Source: an uncultured Candidatus Binatia bacterium (GTDB lineage: Bacteria > Desulfobacterota > Binatia > UBA9968 > CAXXLF01). From it: 64,000 nucleotides of DNA. Shown here piece by piece: positions 9,723 to 20,172 of the stretch (its first letter is position 1; each line of letters opens with the position of its first letter). The stretch spans positions 4,096,001-4,160,000 of the forward strand of contig OZ244621.1 in assembly GCA_965218425.1 (NCBI GenBank). The letters run 5' to 3'. Below the pieces are notes generated by a model. That model did not search any database, had not been told where the DNA came from, and worked only from the letters and a program-made list of their open reading frames with translations. The translations under genes and the position numbers were made by a program.

Positions 9723-10083
9723 TTACAAGGCCAACACCAGTGACCACATGGCAATAGACAGAATAATCGCGATGAACACGGCGGCGGAGCCACAATCATT
9801 TGCCCGTCCCGCCAGCTCCGTACGTTCCGTACCGATTCGATTGACCACGGCTTCGATAGCGGTGTTTGACAATTCCACCGTGACCGCAAGGAGCCAGCTA
9901 CCGATAAGCAACGCATATTCCACACCGTTCTCTCCAAACCAGAAGGCTACCAGTGGAATAACCGACAGCAGGACCAACAGCTCCGGGCGGAAGGCCGGTT
10001 CATTACGGAAAGTGGTACGAAGTCGGCCAGGGAATAGCCGTCGCCCTAAGGAGCCTAAGCAAAGGATTAGCCGTGTTGTTCAC
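9723..10083 (-). pseudogene. dgkA: Diacylglycerol kinase, frameshifted near the 5' end
   Basis: The C-terminal frame has VELSNTAIEAVVNRIG...AGRANDCGSAAV. The N-terminal pieces (RLLRAT / GYSLA / LRTTFRNEPAFRPEL) fall in different frames. Confidence 0.75.
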
Positions 10084-10144
10084 CTAAGAATTGAGTAACC
10101 GTCCTAGGACCCAGTTCTCACCGAACCAGGAATCCAGCGGAGGG

Positions 10145-11218
10145 TTAGCGCACGGGAGGAAGGGGCCCGCCTCCGGTGATTTGCTTGTAGATCCGCGCGA
10201 TCCTGGGATCCTTGGGGAGCTGCTTTATGGCCTGGTGGATCTCCTCTCCAGTTACCGGGTCAGAAGGTTGGCCAGTCAAATGCCGGTACTCCATTGCAAA
10301 CTCTGGATCCTTCCACACTCTGCGGAAGCCTCCCTGGAGAGCCCTGAGGGCCCCTTCGGGTATCCCCTTGGGTGCCAGGAAATTCGTGCTCCCCGGTTTG
10401 ATGGAGTTGTGAAACCGAATAACGGCTCGTTTCAATTCCGTATCGGCGAAGTCGTCCAGGTGAGGTCTGCGGGGAAATTCTGGAACCCACTCCACTCCTC
10501 GTCCCTTTGTATTTCTCACTACGATTGGAACCGTATAGCCCTTTTTTAATTTCTCAAGCCCATCCCGCCACAAAAAACTGTACACGTTCGTTGTATGCGC
10601 ATCTGCTTCTCCTCGGCTGAGCGCAGTAATGATATCCTGACTACTGTAACCAACGAGAAACTTCGGATCCTTGAGCTCTAGGACGTAGGCAATCAAGCGG
10701 TCCAGGATATACTGTGGATGCCCGATGGTTCTTTGACCAAAGCGCACTCCTTTATAGGCTTTCAGCTTTTCAATGGTATCCAGCCCTAGCTCCGGCCGAA
10801 TCTCCACTGCATAGGGACCTCCCCCGTAGCCAGTGCCAAAGAAAATGAAATCATCCAGACTGAATCGAGCTTCTGGGGCCTTGAACACTACGCTGTAAAA
10901 CATCCCGGTGCCGATATTTGCAATGGTCAGTCCGTCCCGCTTGGCCACATTGGACATGTAATTTGCCGCCGCCGCACCGTCGGCGCCCGGCACGAATTTG
11001 TAAACCACGGTGGGATGACCCGGCAGGAGCTTGCTCAGATGCTGAGCTTCAATCTGCGTACGTAAATGCCCTACTCCCCCTGGTCGGTAAGCCACCACCA
11101 CTACCAGTTGCTTTCCCTCGTAAAAAGGTGCCGCAAGGGCTGAAGGACCACGTCCCAGAAGAACCGACCCTAGAATCACCCATGCTACTGCTGCAATAAT
11201 CCTACTTCGCGCTAGCAT
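10145..11218 (-). CDS. Bug/TctC tripartite tricarboxylate transporter substrate-binding protein
   Basis: Signal peptide, FYEGKQLVVVVAYRPGG, PGADGAAAANYM, DGLTI. Confidence 0.85.
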   Translation of the reverse strand: MLARSRIIAAVAWVILGSVLLGRGPSALAAPFYEGKQLVVVVAYRPGGVGHLRTQIEAQHLSKLLPGHPTVVYKFVPGADGAAAANYMSNVAKRDGLTIANIGTGMFYSVVFKAPEARFSLDDFIFFGTGYGGGPYAVEIRPELGLDTIEKLKAYKGVRFGQRTIGHPQYILDRLIAYVLELKDPKFLVGYSSQDIITALSRGEADAHTTNVYSFLWRDGLEKLKKGYTVPIVVRNTKGRGVEWVPEFPRRPHLDDFADTELKRAVIRFHNSIKPGSTNFLAPKGIPEGALRALQGGFRRVWKDPEFAMEYRHLTGQPSDPVTGEEIHQAIKQLPKDPRIARIYKQITGGGPLPPVR

Positions 11219-11370
11219 GTCCTGTGTCCTTAACCCATGCGCAACGTCTATGCATATTCAAAATTGACGGCGGCCAATTCTCCATTTCCAGAATTTTCCC
11301 CGCGGACTCCTTAATAAATACCCGAATTAAACTCCCTCGTCCAACTGAAACCTTATCTTGCGAATTTCGA

Positions 11371-12561
11371 CTACTCACGACCCCAAAGGCGGCGAGTTGC
11401 GATTTTGGCCCCCTCCACCAACGCATCGAGCTTTGCCCAGATGACACTGGTGGGCATATCTGCGAAGCGTGCAATGCTGGCAAAGCCGCAGTCAACGCCG
11501 CCGATGACGTTCTCGCGCCCAACGATTCCGGCAAAGCGTTCAATCCGCTGAGCTACCAGTTCCGGATGCTCCACAGTGGCTGTGGATTGCGTCACCACAC
11601 CAGGAATAAGCACCGTCTCCTCTGGAAATTTGACCCCTTCCCAGAGTTTCCATTCGTGTTCATGACGTGGATTCGCAGCTTCAAAAGAGTGTGCCCCAGC
11701 GCGGATCTTCACGATCAGATCGATTACATTTTTGAATTCCAGGTCATGGACCCGGGGCCCAAAGGCTACGCTGTAGCAGGTATGAAAGCGGATCCTTTCC
11801 CGGGGAAGGTCGCGAAGGGTGTGATTCAGCAACTCCACGTGCCGCTCTGCCCAACGTCGGTATTCTTCGATAGTCAGATCAGGACTGCGCATGTAATGGG
11901 TCACAAGCTGTGGATCGTCCACCTGCAAAAGAAGTCCCGCCTCGATGATCCCCTTGTACTCCTCGCGCAGCGCATCGGCGATGGCCACCTCATACTCTTG
12001 TGTGGTTCGGTAGTACTCATTGGGCCGACGGTAGGCGATCTGGTTGGGGGAAATGGCGGGTAAAAACGCCTCTTCCACCTGCGTCTGGCTCAGGGCCGCT
12101 TTCAAGTTACTGATATCACGTTGCAGCTGTTTGTGTCCTTTATAGGCAATGGGACCCGTGCACACGGGTTGACGCGGTCGCTGTCCCGCCCTAGGACGCC
12201 GCGCCACCAGTTCCGGCTGGTAGTATTCCGGAAACGCAAGGAACTCTCTAGAGCCCGTCAGGTAGTGGCTGATCTTGTCCACCTCGCTCTCCGCCACCTC
12301 CCGTTGCTCGAATCCTGACATGCGTTCGTCCATGTACAAGATGAAACTCGGTTTGCCCACTTCGCCGTCATTGACCACGTCAAGTCCACAATCAGCTTGC
12401 CGGCGAACCATTTCGGCCACGGCAGCGGGCAACCGGGCATCAAAGGCCTCCTGATCAACGGGCTGCGCCTTCATCTTGGCGCCTAGGGCCTCAAGCATGT
12501 CGTCGGGGCGCGGCAGACTCCCTACATGGGTTGTAAGAATCCTCTCAGTGCTGTGCTTCAC
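11371..12561 (-). CDS. Cobalamin-independent methionine synthase catalytic-domain-only (MetE-like) protein
   Basis: ILTTHVGSLPRP, VVNDGE, LQVDDP, HTC, EAANPRHEHE, DCGF zinc ligands. Confidence 0.85.
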   Translation of the reverse strand: MKHSTERILTTHVGSLPRPDDMLEALGAKMKAQPVDQEAFDARLPAAVAEMVRRQADCGLDVVNDGEVGKPSFILYMDERMSGFEQREVAESEVDKISHYLTGSREFLAFPEYYQPELVARRPRAGQRPRQPVCTGPIAYKGHKQLQRDISNLKAALSQTQVEEAFLPAISPNQIAYRRPNEYYRTTQEYEVAIADALREEYKGIIEAGLLLQVDDPQLVTHYMRSPDLTIEEYRRWAERHVELLNHTLRDLPRERIRFHTCYSVAFGPRVHDLEFKNVIDLIVKIRAGAHSFEAANPRHEHEWKLWEGVKFPEETVLIPGVVTQSTATVEHPELVAQRIERFAGIVGRENVIGGVDCGFASIARFADMPTSVIWAKLDALVEGAKIATRRLWGRE

Positions 12562-12605
12562 TCGAACCCCCAATCTAAAATCGCAGCACCGCTCTCTCGC
12601 TTCGA

Positions 12606-13646
12606 TCAGTCATTCACGATATTGATCTCGGCATCCACGCCATTTTTTCTCAACGCCTCCAGATATTCCTGTTGAATTTCCGGCGGCTCCTCATCAAAGG
12701 GGATCATGTAATGGAGGGGAGTGCGATAGCGGTCCTGGCTGAACTTTGGGCTTCTCCCGCGCATGGCGAAGTGCCGCATGGTTTCGTTGCCGGTATTGAA
12801 GTGACCATGAAACATGAGGTCCCCGGGTGAATAGATGGACCCGGGACGGATCTCGAACCGCCGGCGCGGTTCGTCTTCGCGCCACACCATGGCAAAACCG
12901 GTTCCCTGGGTTACGGTGACAATGGCGCCCGCACCGTGGCGGTGAAAGGTGCTCCTGCTGGCAACGGGAATTTGTTGAATGTGGCAGCCGTATACGGTCC
13001 CCGCCAATCCGAAGCGCATGATGCGTACGCCTTTTCCCTTCATGGGGTATTCATCCAGCGCAAAGGCGTTTACGTCGGGGATAAGGTTCGTTTCCCAACT
13101 GCGGACGGTTAGCTGAACATTATGTTTAAAAAAGTCCGGATCGTTGCTAAAGCGATCGGTGAACTGAGAAGGATTACGAAAAATGAAATCATCGTTATGA
13201 AACAAGTTGATCATATGCGGCAGATTGGTTCCGGCAAGGAATCGAACCGGCTCATCCTTTGAAACGTTGAAGTGCTGATAGGAAACGTTCAAGGGAATGG
13301 CAAAGATAGCACCCGGGCCCCACTCGAAGGTTCGCTTGGAGTTTTCGTCGTGCCACAGGGTGGTCGCTCCTCGACCCCTGGCCACGTAAACCAGAGTTTC
13401 GAACAAATGGCACTGGGGTAACGTCTGGCTGGTGGGAGGAATCTCGCATACATACGCGTCCGTATCGTCCTGTTCCCCCATGTTAAGATAACATCCCAAC
13501 GCTCCCATCCGTTTCCACGGCTTGACTTCCACGGTTTTGAAGTCTTCTAGAAAGTAGCCTCGGATGACCGGAAGGCCTTCCTTGGTCAAAAACGCCTCAT
13601 AGGGCGTCGGACCCAGATCAATTTTATCCCTTATTGGAAGTTTCAT
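12606..13646 (-). CDS. Double-cupin domain protein (gentisate dioxygenase-like fold)
   Basis: HLFETLVYVARGRG...IPLNVSYQHFN and HRHGAGA...FHGHFN cupin motifs. Confidence 0.75.
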   Translation of the reverse strand: MKLPIRDKIDLGPTPYEAFLTKEGLPVIRGYFLEDFKTVEVKPWKRMGALGCYLNMGEQDDTDAYVCEIPPTSQTLPQCHLFETLVYVARGRGATTLWHDENSKRTFEWGPGAIFAIPLNVSYQHFNVSKDEPVRFLAGTNLPHMINLFHNDDFIFRNPSQFTDRFSNDPDFFKHNVQLTVRSWETNLIPDVNAFALDEYPMKGKGVRIMRFGLAGTVYGCHIQQIPVASRSTFHRHGAGAIVTVTQGTGFAMVWREDEPRRRFEIRPGSIYSPGDLMFHGHFNTGNETMRHFAMRGRSPKFSQDRYRTPLHYMIPFDEEPPEIQQEYLEALRKNGVDAEINIVND

Positions 13647-13760
13647 ATATGGGATACCTCCTGCTGCGTAATCACGAATCTCAACCTAGACCTAATTCAC
13701 AACCTAGGTCAATAGTAACCTGGCAACTCATCACTAACCGTTTGGAAAGCCGCCTCCTTG

Positions 13761-14017
13761 AACTTTAGCTCGTAGGGCGAGCGAATCTTCAGGGCGCAGG
13801 CAATACGTCTGTGAATATCTGAACCTGAACGTTCAATGCCCACGCCCTTCATCCTCACTCCCCTCGTCGACCTAGGTTGTCGGGTGAAGGGGGCCTGCCG
13901 TGAAGAAAGGGAGGCGTTCGATACTGGCGGCTCTTGCCGATTTGGCATGTCAGATTAAATGACGGGACCCGAGGTATAAACCCATCGGCTCCCGCTCAGC
14001 GGCAGGTCCCTGAGCCC
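13761..14017 (-). repeat. Dispersed ~260-bp repeat family A, copy 3
   Basis: Aligns to copies 1 and 2. Confidence 0.8.
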
Positions 14018-14117
14018 CTTACCACGCGATCCCTGCCGGTTTCTTGCATTAAAATCCGGTTGCTTTTCGACCCTGTCTGCAATAAGGAAGCCTATCAGAC
14101 AAGGAGGATCGCTTGCC

Positions 14118-15752
14118 ATGGCAGAAACTAACCTTTCCGACGTCGTTGCCGAGTATCTCATAGCAAAAAATGTCCGTTACATCTTTGGAGTCCTGGCGCA
14201 TACGTCCTTTGCGCTGGGCGACGCCATAGCCAAACGCCCCCAGCTCCGCTTCATTAACACGCAACACGAAGGGGGCGCCGGAAACCTGGCCCTCGGATAC
14301 GCCCGCGCCACAAAGCAACCGGCCGTTTGTCTGGTTTCGGCAGGCGGCGGAGCCACCAACATCGCCACCGCCGTAGCTCAGGCCCATAAAGAATCCGTTC
14401 CCCTGTTCGTGATATCCTCAGAGATTCACACACCGTCCGCTGCTAAAGGGTACTTTTCCTCCTGGCACGGAATCGAGCATACCAAGTTGTTCCAACCCAT
14501 CACCAAGCAAAGCGTCAAGCTCGAGAGACCGGAAGAGATCGGCAACGTCCTGGACACGCTCTTCAGTCAGACTACAAGAGGGAGGCAGGGTCCCGTTTAT
14601 CTCGGGCTTCCCGCCGACCTGCAGGAGGCAGTGCTACCCGAGCCCGCCCGGTTCTCCGGGGCGGGCGACCTCTTTGCCCCATCCATCGATTCTTCCTCCG
14701 CTGAGTCCGCGGTGGAAATGCTTCTCAAAGCAAGAGCGCCAGTGGTTCTGTGCGGCACAGGCGTCGATTGGTCCGGTGCGGGACAAGAGGTGCGGGAATT
14801 GGCGGAGCTCCTGGCCCTTCCGGTGGCCGTGAGCTACACCGCCAAAGGGGTCTTTCCCGAAAACCATCCCCTGGCCCTGGGATGCCTCGGGGTGGGCGGG
14901 AGACCCTACGCCCGTAAGTTTTTTCACGAGTCCGATCTGATTCTAGCCTTGGGGACAACCTTCAGCGAAGGGACAACCCTACGCTTTAGCCGAGAAGCCA
15001 TTCCTGAGGGGGCAAAGATCATCCACATCGACATAGACCCCCAAGAGCTTGGCAGGAACTATACCACTCAACTGTCAATCCAAGCCGATGCAAAGGCGGC
15101 CCTGCGTACGATCCTCGATGGCATAAAAAGCAAAAAGCCGTCCTCTCCATTCGATGCGAGTAGCGGAAGGGCCCGAGAAGTCCAGGAAGCCAAGCAGGCC
15201 TGGCTAGCCGCCCGTAAAGAACAGGCGGCCGGCCAGGGCATCACTAACGATTCCGTCCTTACCACTTTGAACGAACTCTTAAAGGGTAATGAAACCCTGG
15301 TGGCCTCCGGCATGACGGGTGAGGTGCTCCGTAACATCGACGCGTGCATGCCTATTGTTCACGCAGGCGAGTTTCGCGCCATTGGCACAGCCCTGGCGAC
15401 TTCTCTGGGTGTAAAACTCGGACGGCCGGACGCGCGCGTTGTTTGTGTCACCGGTGATGGATCCTTCATGATGGAACAGCAAGAGCTGGCCACGGCGCGC
15501 CTCCACAACATCCCTGTCCTGGTCCTGGTATTGCGAAACAACGCCTACGGCGGGATGAAACGCGATCAAATCAAGAACCATGGAGGGAGAGTCATCGGCA
15601 CCGATCTCTTCGTTCCCGATCTCGCCCGTCTCGGCCAACTATTTGGCGGCAAAGGTTTTACGGTGACCCGACCGGATGAGGTGAGGCCCGTGCTGCAAAA
15701 GTCCCTTGACTCCGATGAATTCATTGTCGTGGACATCAAAGTGGACCAATGA
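14118..15752 (+). CDS. Thiamine diphosphate-dependent enzyme (acetolactate synthase-like)
   Basis: HEGGAG, GPVYL, IIHIDIDP, GDGSF...NN ThDP motif; AGGAGG RBS. Confidence 0.9.
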   Translation: MAETNLSDVVAEYLIAKNVRYIFGVLAHTSFALGDAIAKRPQLRFINTQHEGGAGNLALGYARATKQPAVCLVSAGGGATNIATAVAQAHKESVPLFVISSEIHTPSAAKGYFSSWHGIEHTKLFQPITKQSVKLERPEEIGNVLDTLFSQTTRGRQGPVYLGLPADLQEAVLPEPARFSGAGDLFAPSIDSSSAESAVEMLLKARAPVVLCGTGVDWSGAGQEVRELAELLALPVAVSYTAKGVFPENHPLALGCLGVGGRPYARKFFHESDLILALGTTFSEGTTLRFSREAIPEGAKIIHIDIDPQELGRNYTTQLSIQADAKAALRTILDGIKSKKPSSPFDASSGRAREVQEAKQAWLAARKEQAAGQGITNDSVLTTLNELLKGNETLVASGMTGEVLRNIDACMPIVHAGEFRAIGTALATSLGVKLGRPDARVVCVTGDGSFMMEQQELATARLHNIPVLVLVLRNNAYGGMKRDQIKNHGGRVIGTDLFVPDLARLGQLFGGKGFTVTRPDEVRPVLQKSLDSDEFIVVDIKVDQ

Positions 15753-15845
15753 CGCCGCCAAACACACCGTTTCAAAGAACCGCCCAAGACAAAGGCTCGT
15801 GACGCCCACGGAGCTTGTTCGGCACGCGAAGCGAGGAGGAAAATC

Positions 15846-16853
15846 ATGAAAGTCATTGACGCGGATGGTCACATAGAAGAGAGCAATAGGGACATCAAGG
15901 CGTTTCTCCCGCCTCCCTATGACAAGCGCGAAGGCTCTTTGATGCCAGGCCTCGGATTGGATGCCAGGATGGAGGGTCGATTCAAGAAGATCGAAGCCAG
16001 CAACCTATCGATTCGCCTTAAAGACATGAACCGCGAGGGCATTGAGGTTTCCGTGCTCTTTCCCACCTCCAGCTTTGCCTTGAGCAAGGTTTTTGAAAGG
16101 GAATACGCCATCGCCTATGCACGGGCCTATAACGATTTCATTGCAGGATACTGCAAACAAAGCCCCCGGCTCAAGGCTGTGGGTCTTATCCCCTTCCAGG
16201 ACGTCGATGCGGCGGTTCGAGAAACGAACCGGGCCATTACGGAATTGGGTCTGGTGGGCATCACGGTTGCCACCCAAGGGATGAAGGAGCACCTGGGATC
16301 GCAGACCTTCTGGCCGATTTACGACGAGATCCAGCGACTCAACGTTCCCCTCTGCGTGCATAATCGGCGCGAGGGACCTCCAGGAGAAAATCGATTCGAT
16401 AGCTTCCTCTACATGCACACCATCGGCCGCCCAACGGAGAGCGTTCTTCAGTTTGTCGGTCTCGTTTATGGCGGAGTTCCGGAACGCTTTCCAAAACTCC
16501 GCACCGCCTTTCTCGAATGTGGCGTAGGCTGGGTGCCCTATTGGATGGAGCGCATGGACGAGGAATGGGAGAAACGCGGCAAGGCGGAGGCCCCCCTGTG
16601 TAGGCAACTGCCGAGCGAGTATGTGACCAACGGCAACTGGTTCTTCGCCACCGAGCCTGAGGAAAAGATGCTACCCTATGTCCTCGAACGGATCGGTGAC
16701 GACAAGATCGTGTTCGGTTCCGATTATCCCCACTGGGACTCCCTGTTTCCCCGCGTTGTGTCCACCATTCGGGGTCGAACTGACATCTCGGACATGCCAA
16801 AGCAAAAAATCCTGTGCGATAATGCCACGAGACTCTATGGATGGAATAATTAG
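15846..16853 (+). CDS. Amidohydrolase family (Amidohydro_2) protein
   Basis: IDADGH, PLCVH, FGSDYPHWD. Confidence 0.9.
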   Translation: MKVIDADGHIEESNRDIKAFLPPPYDKREGSLMPGLGLDARMEGRFKKIEASNLSIRLKDMNREGIEVSVLFPTSSFALSKVFEREYAIAYARAYNDFIAGYCKQSPRLKAVGLIPFQDVDAAVRETNRAITELGLVGITVATQGMKEHLGSQTFWPIYDEIQRLNVPLCVHNRREGPPGENRFDSFLYMHTIGRPTESVLQFVGLVYGGVPERFPKLRTAFLECGVGWVPYWMERMDEEWEKRGKAEAPLCRQLPSEYVTNGNWFFATEPEEKMLPYVLERIGDDKIVFGSDYPHWDSLFPRVVSTIRGRTDISDMPKQKILCDNATRLYGWNN

Positions 16854-16903
16854 CTCGCTTTCCGTCATGATACGAGAAAAAACGCGGAGCAAGAAGAAGT
16901 CAT

Positions 16904-18100
16904 ATGGCCGCAAGTGAACCGATATTGGGTATCGGCGTGATTGGGCTCGGTGGCGCCTCCGTTGCCATGATTCCCAAGCTCGTGAAAAATCCCCACACTC
17001 GTATCGTCGGAGCTGCGGACATCGACCGGGAGATCCTGGATAAGTTTCGCGCGGATTTGCCTGATGCGGAGGCCCACGAAAACGCTGCCGGATTGTGTGA
17101 GAGCCACGACGTGGACCTGGTCTATATTGCGACACCCAACCGATTCCACGCCGAGCACGTCCGCATGGCCCTAGAAAACAAGAAACACGTTCTCATCGAA
17201 AAGCCCATGACCATTGATATTGCCGGGTCGAAGGAGTTGATCGCATCGGCCAAGCGCAATGGTGTGCTCCTGGGTGTGAACGTAAAGCATAGTTTCGAGC
17301 CTCGTGTGCTTCGCTTAAGGGAGATGGTACGTACCGGAGAAATGGGAAAGCTTCGCATGATTCACAGCTGGCGCTTTGTGGACTGGCTGTACCGGCCGCG
17401 TACCCCGGAGGAGTTGACGCCGGAGCCAGGAGGGGGAATCCTGTGGCGCCAGGGACCGCACCAGTTTGACATTATCAGGACCATCGGCGGAGGTATGTTA
17501 CGAAGTTTGCGCGGCAACGTTGATACCTGGGACCCGAATCGGCGGGTACCGGGCGTCTACGCCGCCTACCTCGATTTCGAGGACGGGGCCTTGGCCACAG
17601 CCGTCACCAGCGGATACGATCACTTTGATTCCATCGAGTTCGTTCAACAGGGACCTCCAAGCGATGCGGAAAGCCACGCGAGGGCGCGGCGAGAGCTGCG
17701 TGCCGCCCCCGGCCCACAGTGGGAGGCCCAAGCCGCACGGGAGGAACGCTACGGCGGCGCGCGCAAAAGCGTCCAGCCACGATCCGGAGGACCCTCATTG
17801 GGTTGGATCATGGGCGGGCCTATCATCGCAAGCTTCGATAAAGGAGACGTCCGTTTTACTCCCCGCGGGCTAACGGTTTACGGCGACGAGGAGATCAAGG
17901 AGATCAACCTGGGGGTCAAGGGGGAGGACGGCCGTGACGGTCGGATCAACACTTTCTACGATGCCATTGTGCATGACCGTCCCTTGCCAGCCGACGGCGC
18001 CTGGGGGATGGCGACTCTAGAAGTGCTTTTGGCCATTGAACAGTCCAGCAGGGAGCGAAAGGATGTGCTCCTGTACAACCAAACGCCGACGGTGGAATGA
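16904..18100 (+). CDS. Gfo/Idh/MocA oxidoreductase (phthalate dihydrodiol dehydrogenase-like)
   Basis: GVIGLG, YIATPNRFH, HVLIEKPM, DWLYRPRTPEEL, QGPHQFD. Confidence 0.85.
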   Translation: MAASEPILGIGVIGLGGASVAMIPKLVKNPHTRIVGAADIDREILDKFRADLPDAEAHENAAGLCESHDVDLVYIATPNRFHAEHVRMALENKKHVLIEKPMTIDIAGSKELIASAKRNGVLLGVNVKHSFEPRVLRLREMVRTGEMGKLRMIHSWRFVDWLYRPRTPEELTPEPGGGILWRQGPHQFDIIRTIGGGMLRSLRGNVDTWDPNRRVPGVYAAYLDFEDGALATAVTSGYDHFDSIEFVQQGPPSDAESHARARRELRAAPGPQWEAQAAREERYGGARKSVQPRSGGPSLGWIMGGPIIASFDKGDVRFTPRGLTVYGDEEIKEINLGVKGEDGRDGRINTFYDAIVHDRPLPADGAWGMATLEVLLAIEQSSRERKDVLLYNQTPTVE

Positions 18101-18172
18101 ATGCCGGCAAAACAAATATGTTAAAGGATATTTTTTGAATCGCCATTGGATGAAATCCGGGGAGGAAAACCT

Positions 18173-18967
18173 ATGACAAGTTCCGTAGACGAAATCAGGA
18201 TAAAAGTTGCAATCTCCTGTCGCATTCTTGGCATGCTTGGCCTCGTAAGCGGATCCACTGGGCATGTGAGCGCACGCATACCGGGTACCGATGAGATGTG
18301 GATCAGGTGCCGTGGCGGTGATGAATGCGGGCTTGAATTTACCGGCCTGCACAACGTACGCCGTACGGATTTCGACGGTAAAGGTCACGGGGTAGGCGAC
18401 AAACACGCTTCACCAAACGAAACGCCCATCCATGGTGAGATCTACCGTGCACACCCAGAAGTGCAGTCCGTCATCCACGCCCACCCCTACTACGCCCTCC
18501 TGTGCGGCGTTACGAGACTGGAGTTTCGACCGGTGTTCGGCGCCTACGATCCATCATCACTGGACCTCATCTTAAAAGGTGTGCCTGTTTTTCCCCGGGC
18601 GGTCACGGTCATCAACAAGGAATTGGCGGCGGACATGTTAAAGGCCATGGGCCAACGGGACGTATTGTTGATGCAGGGTCACGGCATTACCGCTACCGGA
18701 CCCACCGTGGAGCAGGCGACCCAGCTTGCCGTCCGCTTCGACAAGGTTGCGAGGATCATGTGGGAGATTGCCCTCTCGGGCCGAGAGGCCCCCAATATCT
18801 CGGATGAGGATATCGCACGCTATGACCGCCGCGGGGGCGAATCCGGGCGCGTTCGAGGAGGGTGGAGAGACCGGTTGCAAGGAGTTGAAAACTTCGGCTG
18901 GAACCACTACGTCAAGTTGCTCCAGGCCAAGAACATTGGCTTGCCCAACGACTTTGACACGGATTAG
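18173..18967 (+). CDS. Class II aldolase/adducin family protein
   Basis: GHVSAR, ETPIHGEIYRAHPEVQSVIHAHP, LMQGHG. Confidence 0.9.
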   Translation: MTSSVDEIRIKVAISCRILGMLGLVSGSTGHVSARIPGTDEMWIRCRGGDECGLEFTGLHNVRRTDFDGKGHGVGDKHASPNETPIHGEIYRAHPEVQSVIHAHPYYALLCGVTRLEFRPVFGAYDPSSLDLILKGVPVFPRAVTVINKELAADMLKAMGQRDVLLMQGHGITATGPTVEQATQLAVRFDKVARIMWEIALSGREAPNISDEDIARYDRRGGESGRVRGGWRDRLQGVENFGWNHYVKLLQAKNIGLPNDFDTD

Positions 18968-19027
18968 CGTTTCTCTAGGAATGGAACGTGATAAGATAAG
19001 GTTTTGTTCTTAGCGTCGGAGGCCGCA

Positions 19028-20104
19028 ATGAATGAGCAGTTGAGGTACTACATTGCGCTGAACGGTGAGCTCTTAGTGATGCAAGGCCGTTCCGGCTCCA
19101 TGGATACACTGGGTACGCACTTTAAAGGGCAAACCGTGGAGGATCTGACCGGCTGCCGTGACCTGCCGGAGGTGGTATTTGCGGCGGTGGCCTTTGACGG
19201 AGGCTATCGCACCCAGGACGGAGGAAAATCATGGGAGAAAATATTAGACGGTGACGTGCGCACCTTCACCGTCCATCCCTATGATGAACGGGTGATCTAT
19301 GCAGGGATGGGACCGGTTGGCCTGCTGCGAAGCCATGACCGTGGCGGTCATTGGGAGCCTCTGGAGGGGCTCCTCCGGATGCCTCAACAGGTGAGGGCCC
19401 AGTGGACTGTCCCCGAAGCATACCAAGGGATACAGCACCCCCATGTACGCCACATTTTCATCCATCCCGATGATACGAATCGACTTGTGGTCTTGCTCGA
19501 GCATGGCGGGGTCGTTATAAGCCATGACAGCGGAAAGACATGGGAGGACGGCAGCCAGGGGATTTCCTATTTGGACATGCACATGGTGAGAAACTATCCC
19601 GGGAGTATGGACCGTTTCTATGTCTCTTCCGCACGGGGATTTTTCCGAAGTGACGACGGCGGTCACCAATGGCGACGGGTGGAAAACGGCATGCCTTGGG
19701 CCTACACGGAGCTTTATAGTTATTCCCATGAATGGCTGTTTTTACCTGGTGATACGCCTCGGATGATTCTCGGAGGAGGAAAAGGTTCCCCGGGGGTATG
19801 GCGGCGCGAGGCGAGAAACCCGCAGGGCACGGTTCTGCTCAGCGACGACGCCGGAGAAAACTGGCGGATAACCTCCGCCGGAATACCCGCTGCCATGCCG
19901 TGGATGCCCTGGGTATTTCTTTCCCATCCCTATGACTCGAAAAGTGTGTTCGTTGGCATGGGAGACGGCGCGCGCGGCTTTGGCTTTAACCCGAGGGTGA
20001 GAGGCCATGGAGCCCTTTACGTGACCCGGGACCGCGGTGACTCGTGGGAACCCGTCCTCGGCGAGATGCCTTCGGTTCTTACCGCGTGGATTGCCGTGGA
20101 ATAG
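19028..20104 (+). CDS. BNR/Asp-box beta-propeller protein
   Basis: Repeated S/TxDxGxxW boxes (TQDGGKSW, SHDRGGHW, SHDSGKTW, SDDGGHQW, SDDAGENW, TRDRGDSW). Confidence 0.85.
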   Translation: MNEQLRYYIALNGELLVMQGRSGSMDTLGTHFKGQTVEDLTGCRDLPEVVFAAVAFDGGYRTQDGGKSWEKILDGDVRTFTVHPYDERVIYAGMGPVGLLRSHDRGGHWEPLEGLLRMPQQVRAQWTVPEAYQGIQHPHVRHIFIHPDDTNRLVVLLEHGGVVISHDSGKTWEDGSQGISYLDMHMVRNYPGSMDRFYVSSARGFFRSDDGGHQWRRVENGMPWAYTELYSYSHEWLFLPGDTPRMILGGGKGSPGVWRREARNPQGTVLLSDDAGENWRITSAGIPAAMPWMPWVFLSHPYDSKSVFVGMGDGARGFGFNPRVRGHGALYVTRDRGDSWEPVLGEMPSVLTAWIAVE

Positions 20105-20172
20105 AGGAATTTGGTATTGCCAAGGACTCATTGAACTGGAGATTTTGCGACTTAAATTAAGGAGGACGTTCT

